From Candidatus Spyradenecus sp. (GTDB lineage: Bacteria; Verrucomicrobiota; Verrucomicrobiia; Opitutales; UBA953): a DNA stretch of 64,000 nt. The notes under the pieces were generated by a model. The model did no database searches and had not been told where the DNA came from. It saw nothing but the letters and a program-made list of their open reading frames with translations. Positions within the stretch are counted from its first letter, which is position 1. Each line of letters opens with the position of its first letter. The stretch covers positions 64,001-128,000 of the forward strand of contig JAZSKX010000007.1 in NCBI GenBank assembly GCA_045535075.1, in the 5' to 3' direction. Positions 1-8,565 of the stretch are shown here, in pieces. The position numbers were made by a program, and so were the translations under genes.

Positions 1-152
1 TAACGCGCGATGTGAGGCGGAATATTTTCCCGAAGACGGGGATTTTTCGGATATTCTACAGTAGTCGGAAGTAATTGCCCGTGAAATAAGGATTGTTTTC
101 GCAGGGAGTTCGGTATTAAAATCCGAGATTTCCAGTTTTACTCAAAAACCTT

Positions 153-1931
153 ATGTCAAAATCAACCTCACTCTATAACAAATACCTGCTCTTTATCGCA
201 GGACTCGGCGGATTGCTTTACGGGATCGACGTCGGCGTTATTGCCGGTGCGCTTCCGTATCTGCAGGCGACGACGGACTACACGCCCGGCCAGCTCTCGA
301 CGGTGGTCGCGGCGGTTTTGCTCGGCTCGGTGCTTTCCTCGCTTTTTGCGGGAGCGCTTTCCGATTTGTTCGGGCGCAAAAAAGTGATGCTCCTCGCGGG
401 CGTCTGCTTCGTGCTTTCCGTTCCGGTGATTTGCTCGCCGTTCGGCTTTGAAGCACTCGTTCTCGGGCGTATTCTCCAAGGCGCGGCTGCCGGGCTCATC
501 GGCGTTGTCGTTCCGCTTTATCTTGCGGAATGCCTCACGGCGGACAAGCGTGGCTTCGGCACGGGAATGTTCCAGTTCATGCTCACGGTCGGACTCGTTT
601 TCGCGGCGGTCGCCGGGATTATTTGTGCGGAATACGTGGACGGAGTTGAAACGGCGGAATACGCGACGGTCGCGGACAAAGCGTCGGCGATTTTCGCTGC
701 GAAAGACTTGGCATGGCGCGCTATTTTCTGGATTTGTGCAATCCCGGGCGTGATCTTCACGGTCGGCGCGCTTTTCATTTCCGAATCCGCCCGCTGGCTC
801 TACGGCAAGGGTAAAACGGAAGCCGCTCTTAAGGCTCTTGAGCGTTCCCGCGGTCCGGAACAGGCGAAAATCGAACTCGCCGGGATGGGCGCAGACAAGG
901 CGGAAGAAACTTCCGTCGCCGAAGAAGCCGACAAGCCGAAGGATTCTCTTTTCCAGAAAAAATACATTGTCCCGTTCGTTCTCGCCGTCGTTATTCTCGC
1001 CTGCAATCAGGCAACGGGCGTGAACTCCGTGCTCGCTTACATTGTTGACGTGCTCAAGCAGGCCGGGCTCGAAGGCTCACTCGCGAATCAGGGCGACCTC
1101 GTCGTTAAGATTCTGAACATGGTCATGACGATTTTCGCCATGATTCTTGTTGACCGCAAGGGGCGCAAGTTCCTCCTCACACTCGGGACTTCCGGAATTA
1201 TCGTCGGTTTGCTCGGCGTTGCGTGCCTTTTCCTCAATTCGGAACGCAAGATGGTCGACTGCTCCGAAAAGTTCCGCTTCAGCTCCGTCACGAAGCTTGA
1301 AACGACGGTAAACGCCGAAGGTAAGGAAGTTTCGGAAAATGTGGTTTATGAAGCGGATATGCCGCTCCCGGCTCCGGTTCTCGCAAAAATTGCCAAGCTC
1401 GACGACGTTAAGGACTTCCAAGTCAAAATCGTTTACACGCAAGGCGAAGAAAAAGTCATCAAGACGATTATCGCCAAGCAGGATTCGCCGGTTGAAGACA
1501 TCACGTTCAAGGTGAAGCAAACGAAGAATGACGAAGGCACGGAAGTGCTTCCCTTCAATGTGGAATCCATCGAAGTCGGACCGCTCCCGAGCGCGCTCAA
1601 CGGCTGGCTCGTTACGTTCTTCTTCGCGATCTTCATTGCGTCGTTCGCGGTCGGACCGGGCGTTTGCGTTTGGCTTGCGCTCTCCGAACTTATGCCGAAC
1701 CGCATCCGCGCGATGGGGATGTCGATTGCGCTTCTGATCAACCAAGGGGTTTCCACGGTTATCGCGGGAACGTTTCTCCCGGTTGTCGGCAACTTCGGCT
1801 ACTCGACAATCTTCTTCTTCTGTGCGGGCTGCACGGTGATTTACTGGATTACCGCCGTGTTCTTCCTGCCGGAAACGAAGGGACGTACGCTCGAAGAAAT
1901 CGAAGCTTACTTCGAAGGCAAAAAGAAATAA
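153..1931 (+). CDS. MFS sugar porter (GalP/XylE/HMIT-like) with a large soluble insertion
   Basis: GGLLYGIDVGVIAGA, D-x-x-GRK repeats, PLYLAE, ESARWL, QATGVN, SELMP and PETKGRTLEEIE motifs; ~12 hydrophobic segments. Confidence 0.92.
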   Translation: MSKSTSLYNKYLLFIAGLGGLLYGIDVGVIAGALPYLQATTDYTPGQLSTVVAAVLLGSVLSSLFAGALSDLFGRKKVMLLAGVCFVLSVPVICSPFGFEALVLGRILQGAAAGLIGVVVPLYLAECLTADKRGFGTGMFQFMLTVGLVFAAVAGIICAEYVDGVETAEYATVADKASAIFAAKDLAWRAIFWICAIPGVIFTVGALFISESARWLYGKGKTEAALKALERSRGPEQAKIELAGMGADKAEETSVAEEADKPKDSLFQKKYIVPFVLAVVILACNQATGVNSVLAYIVDVLKQAGLEGSLANQGDLVVKILNMVMTIFAMILVDRKGRKFLLTLGTSGIIVGLLGVACLFLNSERKMVDCSEKFRFSSVTKLETTVNAEGKEVSENVVYEADMPLPAPVLAKIAKLDDVKDFQVKIVYTQGEEKVIKTIIAKQDSPVEDITFKVKQTKNDEGTEVLPFNVESIEVGPLPSALNGWLVTFFFAIFIASFAVGPGVCVWLALSELMPNRIRAMGMSIALLINQGVSTVIAGTFLPVVGNFGYSTIFFFCAGCTVIYWITAVFFLPETKGRTLEEIEAYFEGKKK

Positions 1932-1949
1932 GCGCATTGTGCGTTTTTC

Positions 1950-1996
1950 AAAAAAAGCGTTCCCGTGGCGAAAGTCGCGGGAACGCTTTTTTTTTT
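1950..1996 (+). terminator. Rho-independent terminator whose stem is an inverted pair of the GCGGGAAC motif
   Basis: A7-GCGTTCCCGTGGC-GAAA-GTCGCGGGAACGC-T10 directly after the MFS stop. Confidence 0.9.
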
Positions 1997-2167
1997 GCGA
2001 AAATGCGCCTGTGGCTTTTTCGTTCCCGCGTCGGAAAGCTTCCGTTGTGCATGGGATTTTCATGAATTGAGCTTGCGGATTGCTCTGTTTTTTCGGAAAA
2101 TTCGCTAATCGCCGGTTTTCTAGGCGAGGAATTTTAATTCTGCTTAATCCCAAATTCACTACCGTTT

Positions 2168-5100
2168 ATGAACTCTTGTCCGATTTTCTCTAAGAATTTC
2201 TTGCTCGTTGCAGGGCTTCTTGCGGCCTCTGCGGGAACGCTTACCGCCGTTTCTCCGACGGAAGTTTTCAGCGATCCGTTAGTCAGTTATCAATGGCAAT
2301 GGCATCCGGACCAAGGCGGGATTAACATCGCTGATGTATGGGACAGCGGTGTCACGGGCGAAGGAGTTGTCATCGGGATTGCGGGATATTGGGTCGAACC
2401 GTTTCACGAAGACTTGAATGTTTCGACTTACAACCCGGGAACAAATTGGCAGACGGCGGATTTGAGTCAGGGCTTGAGCTATGACTTTAATCGGCCCGGC
2501 ACATCGCCGAAAGAGACGGACGATCAATTTTATCCGAATGAAAACGCGCACGAAACCGCCGGCGCCGGTATGGCGGGAGCTGTCGGCGGGAACGGAGTCG
2601 GGCTCGTCGGGGCCGCTCCGGGGTCAACGATTGCGGGGTTGCGAGGTCATTATAGAGCCGAGACGTTTTTGTGGGCTTCCGGAGTTGCGGCGGACGGAAC
2701 TTACCTCGGAGAGGCGGAGATTGACGTTAAGAATTTTTACCTGGGTTCGTTTTACGGCTATAGCGGAGATCTTTCGAAAGACTCAGTCGGAGAGTATTTG
2801 AATCTCGCGGCGCAAAACAATGTTGTTTTTACCTGTAGTGCGTATAATTCCCGCGGCGAATCCAACCACCAGTACGGATTCCCGTCGAACTGCGGTTGGT
2901 TGCCGGAAGCCAATCATGCTTCCGTGATCAATGTTGCCGCGACGGACAAGTTCCGGCGCTACGCGAGTTTTTCCGATTACGGCGCCAATGTCTTTATTGC
3001 GGCTCCGGGAAATGCTGTGCCGTCGACGGACAGAACCGGAGATCTCGGCTATACCTCCGGATATTCCTGGGCTCCGAGCGGAAACTACTACTCTTTCGGC
3101 GGGACTTCCGCTGCCGGACCGCTTGTCGCCGGCGTGATGGCTTTGGGAAAGCAGGTTTGCCCGGACATGGATGCGCGTTGGGCAAAGCACGCGCTCGCAT
3201 GGAGTTCCGGACACAACGAAGCTCCGAACATTGATCCCGACGAGTTTCACTACGCATGGGAATCGCCTACCGGATTTTGGCAGAAAAACAACGGCGGCTA
3301 TTGGTTTAATAACAACTACGGTTTCGGCTTAGTCGATCCCGTAAAATTCGTTGATGCAACTCGCGACATTCTCTATACGACGACGGGAACGACGTTTACG
3401 CAGACTTCGGCGGGAATTGAAAAAATCGCTTCAACCGAAACCGCTACGGGAACGTTGCGTACGGCGGAGTTCTCGGTAAAAATCGGCGACGGTGCTCTGG
3501 CGCAAAACATCGAAACCGTTTCCGTGCATGTGGAATTCTCCGATGCCGCTCAGGTCAACTTGGATTTGACAACGCTGAAAGTTACTTTGATCGCACCGGA
3601 TGATGCCAAAAGTATCGTTATTCAAGGTTCGGTCGGCGATGCTTCAACGACGGCGGATGCTAAACACTTTTCCGGATACAAGTTCCTCTCAAATGCGTTT
3701 TGGGGAGCAAGCTACGGAGCCGAAAACTGGCGCGTTCTCGTCGAATATTCCGTCGACGACGGTGTTAATACGACGGATTGGGTTTCCGTAGACTCCGTGG
3801 AATTTACGCAGGGCGAAGTAATTTTTGAAGCCGACGACGTTGCAATCGCGGAATCCGAATCCGTAAATGCGGATATGCTTGCGCTGGAAAGCGGAAGCTT
3901 TTCCGTCGCGGGAACGATGCGTGTTGAAGATTCCGTTTCGATTAACGCGGGAACTTTTGAACTCGCGGAAAGCGGAACGCTCGCTGCCTACACGGGCGGT
4001 GTTTTCGGTGCCGAAAAAGGTGTGAAATACACACAAAACGGCGGGAGTGCGACGATTCGCGGCGACGCAACGTTTAAGCGCGGTGCAACGCTCAATGGCG
4101 GTACGCTCAATCTCTACAAAACGCTTGCCGCGGGAACGGGAATGACTGTTAACGGAGGCACGCTCAATGTCGGCGCAACCGGTACGGAAATTTCGGTCGG
4201 GGCGGCGCTTCCGGTTTACGGAGGTAAGCTTGTTTTGGCGGAAAATGCAATGTTCGGGACTGCTCTGAATGTTGAAGGCGGCTTCGTCGAAATTAACAAC
4301 GGCGCGACGCTCTCGAAAAAAGTCGCTGTCGGCAAAAACGGCGAAGAGGCTATCGGCGGTTCGCTTTCGGCGGCGGGAACGATTGTCGCAAAATCCGGAA
4401 TCGAATTCGCGGGAAAAGCAACGGGAACATTTGCAAAAGATACGGCGATTAAAGAAGGCGGTCTGACGCTTTCCGGCGGAAGTGTTGTTTGGAGCGGGAT
4501 GCTGACGGTTGACGGCGGTATCACAGTCAGCAGCGGTGCGCTGGGAAGTACGGCAGGAAATATTGCCTCTTATGCCGGAAACGTGACAAATGCGGGAACA
4601 CTGGGGATTGCTGCGAATGCTTCCGTGGTCTTTGCTGAAGGCGCAACCTTCATAAACGGAGCAAACAAAATTGATTTGGCGAGCGGCTCTGCGTTGCGCT
4701 TGGAGTCCGGAATCAGCGGAAACAATCTCGCGGGAACTCTGAGCGGTTCGGGAAAACTGACGCTGACGCAAGACACCGATTTCGATGCGAATGTTGATGC
4801 ATTTGCGGGAACGCTTGCAATTGAGAACGGAGTGCTGTCTGTCGGCGCGGGTGCAAATTTGAATCTTGCAACGAATGCTGTTTTGGAACTCGGTGTCTCC
4901 GATGCGGCGGATTGGCTTGCTGTAAACGTCGCAAGCGGCGGAAACGTCAGCTTCGCGAAAGGTTCGGGGTTGATTGTTAATTTTACCGGGGTCTTGGGCG
5001 AAACGTCGGAATTTACCGTTATGAACTGGGCAGACGATGCATCGGTTTCCGGCTTGTTCAACTTGGAGCGCGGCGATGGAATTGCGCTTTATGTCGGCGG

Positions 5101-8100
5101 AGTTGAGTATGCAAACGATAATTGGACCTTTGAGGTTGCCCAAAATTCCCTGAAATTAAAGCTCGATGTCGTTGTCGTCGACATCAGGGAAGCGCAGCAA
5201 AACGCAGTCCTTTCCGATGAGGGCTATATCGCGAATTTTGCCGTGTCGCTCACGGAATACAGCGGGATCGTTTCCGGAAAAGGAGACGTGAATTCCGTCG
5301 GAACATTGGCGTTTTCCGGGAATTTTGCCAATCTTTCCGGCACGGTTTATGTCAACGCCGGAAGTTTCACCATAAAGGAAGCCGCAACGCTTGGGTCCGA
5401 AAATTATGTTGTCGCCGCTGCCGGAACTTTGAGTCTCGAAGGGACTCGTGATTTCGGACAAAGCGTTGCCGGCGCGGGAGCGCTTGTAACCAACGGTAAT
5501 ATTACCCTTAGCGGAGATGCAAGCGCCCACACGGGAACGACGAAAGTTGAATCCGGAACCTTGACGATTGCCCAAGGCGCAAAGCTTGGAACCGGCGCTT
5601 TCAACGTCGCGGGAACGTTGGGATTGGTCGGAGACCGCACGTTCAACAACGCAAGCACCGGAGCGGGAACGCTTGATGTTATTTCCGGAACGACGACGTT
5701 TACGACGAATGTCGGTACCGAAAACTTTGATATTTCCGAAAATGCCGCCGCAAGTTTTGAAGGCACGGCAACCGGTTTTTCCGGGAAACTCACGGGCGCG
5801 GGAACTTTGGCGACCGCGAAGGATTTTGTCTTGTCGGGCGATGCTTCCGGTTTTGAAGGGAAAACTTCCGTCAAGGCGGGAACGTTTACCGTCACCGAAG
5901 CCGCAAGCTTAGGGACCGGAGATTTTGAAGTTGCGGGAACGCTTGCGCTGAAGGGAAATCGCACTTTCGGCAATACGACATCCGGCGCGGGAACACTTAG
6001 TGTTGCTTCGGGAACGACAACGTTCATGAAAAATGTCGGCACTGCAAAACTGGATATTTCCGCAGATGCCGTCGCAAAATTTGATGCCGTTGCCGGATTC
6101 GCGGGAACGCTCACGGGCGCGGGGGCGCTTACGACCGAAAAAGATTTTTCTTTCTCCGGCGACGCTTCCGGATTTAGCGGAAAAACCTCCGTTACGGCGG
6201 GAACGTTCGCCGTCGCCGCCGGCTCGAAATTAGGAAGCGGCGTGTTTGAAGTTGACGGCGTTTTGGCGCTAAGCGGCGACCGAACCTTTGAAAATACGAC
6301 GAGCGGGAAAGGCTTGATTGATCTCGTTTCCGGAACAACCGCTTTTGCAACGGCTGTCGGCGTGGCAAAGTTGGATATTTCCGAAAATGCCGTCGCAAAG
6401 TTTGAAGGCGACGACGCCGGCTTCTCGGGAACACTCACGGGCGCGGGAGCACTGACAACGGCAAAAGATTTTTCGCTCTCCGGCGACGCTTCCGGATTTA
6501 GCGGAAAAACCTCTGTTACGGGGGGGACATTTGCCGTCGCTTCCGGAACCGAATTAGGAACCGGCGATTTTGAACTCGCGGGGAATTTGGATTTGGACGG
6601 GACGCGTCGTTTTTCCAATAAAATTTCCGGCGACGGGGCGCTGGTCGTGCGCGGCGATGTAATATTTGAAGCCGATGCATCGGCGTTTTCCGGGAAAACG
6701 CAAATCGAGCAGGGCGGGAAACTCACGCTCCCGCAATCTTCGGAAATCGGAAGTGAATTTGTCGTTTACGGAGAGTTAAACCTCGAAGGTACGAGGACTT
6801 TTGCCAATACAACGAGCGGAAGCGGAACGATTGCGCTCGCTCCCGCATCGAATCTTGCGTTCGCAAATAATGTCGGAGCAAAAACAATTTCCGTTGCAGA
6901 AGGAGCGACACTTCGAGGCGGAGTTACGATGACTTACGGTGCAGGATCGAGAATCGTGATTGCCGGAGAATTGCAGCTCAATCTTGATAAGGGGGAAACC
7001 GTCGTACTCAATGGCGGGCGCGCGGTCCTTGAAACTTCGTCGTCTTTGAATTTCCTCACGAAAAAACCGGTGGCAATGAAATTGCGAGACGAAACCGGAG
7101 TCGACAAATTGGCGGACGGCGAGACGGTTTCGATTTTCACGGACGGCATCGTCGAAGGCGATGTGCTTGGCTTCCTTGAAAACGACGCAATTCTGTCGGA
7201 CTTTGCCGCGCGTTCCATGGTGGTTTACGATCTTTCACACGGCTTAAATGTTCGTGTCGCTTCCGGAATTGCCGAAAATGCGGATGTCGACACCGCCGGC
7301 TTGAGCGAAAGCTATTTGGCGTGGAGCATGAAAGATGCGCGAAATACTTTCGACTCCATTCAAAGCGGATTTTGGAACATCGACGATCCGGTACTTTCCG
7401 GCGGGAACGATCCGCTCTTGCGGGCGATTTTGGGCGGAGATTCCTCTGCGGCGCGCGCTGTGCTCGACCGCCTTTCCCCGAAAAGCTACGCCGCAATGGT
7501 GGCGATGGCGGCGGAGTCTTTCCACTCGGACGTTCGCAGTGTCGCCTCCCGATTGGAGCAGCGCCGCTACGACAGATTTGCGGAAAATGCCCGTTGGGAA
7601 TTCTTCGCACAAGCGCAATTCAGTTCATTTGAAACCGACACGAAAACGGATTCGGCGATGTTTGACTTCGATACGAACGGCGTGTTCGCGGGAGCTGATT
7701 ACAAAACAAGCGCCGAAACGATTGTCGGTATCGCCTTCGGAGCTGACAACGGCGAGGCGAAAATCCACAACGGCGGCGGCAAAATCGAATCTTCCGATCT
7801 TCGTTTTACGGCTTATTTCGGAAAAACATTCAACGACCGTTTTTATCTGAACGCGGGAACGCAACTCGGCTATGCAAATTACGATGTAAAACGCAAAACC
7901 GACTACGGGAACGCCCGAGGTGATACGCACGGGCTGAGCGGCGGCGTTTTTGCCGAAACCGGCGCACTGCTGACTTTGTCCGAAAAGGAAAATATCTTCG
8001 CAATGCCCTATATCGGTTTGGCATACACGCATTCTCAAATTGACGGATTTGAAGAAGACGGAACCGAAAAAGCGTTCGATGCGGATACCATTAAGGGCGA

Positions 8101-8416
8101 CAGCCTGCGTGCGCGTATCGGGTGCGGCTTCTCGTGGGGATTTGACCTCGCGGGAACGGATTGGCGCCTGGGATTGGATCTCGCATATTCGCACGATTTC
8201 CTCGGCGACGAAGTCGATGTCGAAGTTATGTCGAAGGGCGGAGATTTTATTGCGGAAACGGCAAAAGCGCTTCCGGAAGATGTTTTCTCCGCCGGGCCGA
8301 CGCTGAACGTAAATCTCAATTCGACCATGAGCATTTACGGCGGCTACACGTTTAGCACGGGAACGGACGCTTATACGAATCACAGCACCAATCTCGGTTT
8401 CCGTATGCGTTTCTAA
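2168..8416 (+). CDS. Autotransporter with N-terminal S8 (kexin/furin-like) peptidase domain, P-domain-like region, repeated beta-helical passenger and C-terminal beta-barrel
   Basis: Signal peptide; GINIADVWDSGVTGEGVVI, HET, FSDYG, GTSAAGPLVAG and NNNYGFGLVD subtilase motifs; G/T/A-rich repeats; barrel ending in ...GFRMRF. Confidence 0.88.
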   Translation: MNSCPIFSKNFLLVAGLLAASAGTLTAVSPTEVFSDPLVSYQWQWHPDQGGINIADVWDSGVTGEGVVIGIAGYWVEPFHEDLNVSTYNPGTNWQTADLSQGLSYDFNRPGTSPKETDDQFYPNENAHETAGAGMAGAVGGNGVGLVGAAPGSTIAGLRGHYRAETFLWASGVAADGTYLGEAEIDVKNFYLGSFYGYSGDLSKDSVGEYLNLAAQNNVVFTCSAYNSRGESNHQYGFPSNCGWLPEANHASVINVAATDKFRRYASFSDYGANVFIAAPGNAVPSTDRTGDLGYTSGYSWAPSGNYYSFGGTSAAGPLVAGVMALGKQVCPDMDARWAKHALAWSSGHNEAPNIDPDEFHYAWESPTGFWQKNNGGYWFNNNYGFGLVDPVKFVDATRDILYTTTGTTFTQTSAGIEKIASTETATGTLRTAEFSVKIGDGALAQNIETVSVHVEFSDAAQVNLDLTTLKVTLIAPDDAKSIVIQGSVGDASTTADAKHFSGYKFLSNAFWGASYGAENWRVLVEYSVDDGVNTTDWVSVDSVEFTQGEVIFEADDVAIAESESVNADMLALESGSFSVAGTMRVEDSVSINAGTFELAESGTLAAYTGGVFGAEKGVKYTQNGGSATIRGDATFKRGATLNGGTLNLYKTLAAGTGMTVNGGTLNVGATGTEISVGAALPVYGGKLVLAENAMFGTALNVEGGFVEINNGATLSKKVAVGKNGEEAIGGSLSAAGTIVAKSGIEFAGKATGTFAKDTAIKEGGLTLSGGSVVWSGMLTVDGGITVSSGALGSTAGNIASYAGNVTNAGTLGIAANASVVFAEGATFINGANKIDLASGSALRLESGISGNNLAGTLSGSGKLTLTQDTDFDANVDAFAGTLAIENGVLSVGAGANLNLATNAVLELGVSDAADWLAVNVASGGNVSFAKGSGLIVNFTGVLGETSEFTVMNWADDASVSGLFNLERGDGIALYVGGVEYANDNWTFEVAQNSLKLKLDVVVVDIREAQQNAVLSDEGYIANFAVSLTEYSGIVSGKGDVNSVGTLAFSGNFANLSGTVYVNAGSFTIKEAATLGSENYVVAAAGTLSLEGTRDFGQSVAGAGALVTNGNITLSGDASAHTGTTKVESGTLTIAQGAKLGTGAFNVAGTLGLVGDRTFNNASTGAGTLDVISGTTTFTTNVGTENFDISENAAASFEGTATGFSGKLTGAGTLATAKDFVLSGDASGFEGKTSVKAGTFTVTEAASLGTGDFEVAGTLALKGNRTFGNTTSGAGTLSVASGTTTFMKNVGTAKLDISADAVAKFDAVAGFAGTLTGAGALTTEKDFSFSGDASGFSGKTSVTAGTFAVAAGSKLGSGVFEVDGVLALSGDRTFENTTSGKGLIDLVSGTTAFATAVGVAKLDISENAVAKFEGDDAGFSGTLTGAGALTTAKDFSLSGDASGFSGKTSVTGGTFAVASGTELGTGDFELAGNLDLDGTRRFSNKISGDGALVVRGDVIFEADASAFSGKTQIEQGGKLTLPQSSEIGSEFVVYGELNLEGTRTFANTTSGSGTIALAPASNLAFANNVGAKTISVAEGATLRGGVTMTYGAGSRIVIAGELQLNLDKGETVVLNGGRAVLETSSSLNFLTKKPVAMKLRDETGVDKLADGETVSIFTDGIVEGDVLGFLENDAILSDFAARSMVVYDLSHGLNVRVASGIAENADVDTAGLSESYLAWSMKDARNTFDSIQSGFWNIDDPVLSGGNDPLLRAILGGDSSAARAVLDRLSPKSYAAMVAMAAESFHSDVRSVASRLEQRRYDRFAENARWEFFAQAQFSSFETDTKTDSAMFDFDTNGVFAGADYKTSAETIVGIAFGADNGEAKIHNGGGKIESSDLRFTAYFGKTFNDRFYLNAGTQLGYANYDVKRKTDYGNARGDTHGLSGGVFAETGALLTLSEKENIFAMPYIGLAYTHSQIDGFEEDGTEKAFDADTIKGDSLRARIGCGFSWGFDLAGTDWRLGLDLAYSHDFLGDEVDVEVMSKGGDFIAETAKALPEDVFSAGPTLNVNLNSTMSIYGGYTFSTGTDAYTNHSTNLGFRMRF
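5470..6700 (+). repeat. About 3.5-4 intragenic tandem repeats of ~321-324 bp (~107-108 aa) in the autotransporter passenger
   Basis: SGDAS(G/A)..G.T unit recurs at ~5510, 5834, 6155 and 6479; the last two share the identical run TCCGGCGACGCTTCCGGATTTAGCGGAAAAACCTC. Confidence 0.85.
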
Positions 8417-8451
8417 ATCGGGATTCTGAAAAATCAGTCTCGTTCCGAAGA

Positions 8452-8486
8452 GCGTTCCCGCGGGTGTTTCTGCGGGAACGTTTTTT
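8452..8486 (+). terminator. Terminator built from the inverted motif pair
   Basis: GCGTTCCCGCGG-GTGTT-TCTGCGGGAACG-T6. Confidence 0.85.
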
Positions 8487-8565
8487 CTCTGCGCTATGCG
8501 AATTCGCTTGCCAATTGAAGTTTATTCCGTGAAGGTTTTTTGATAAATTTAACGTTTCTTTTTTT

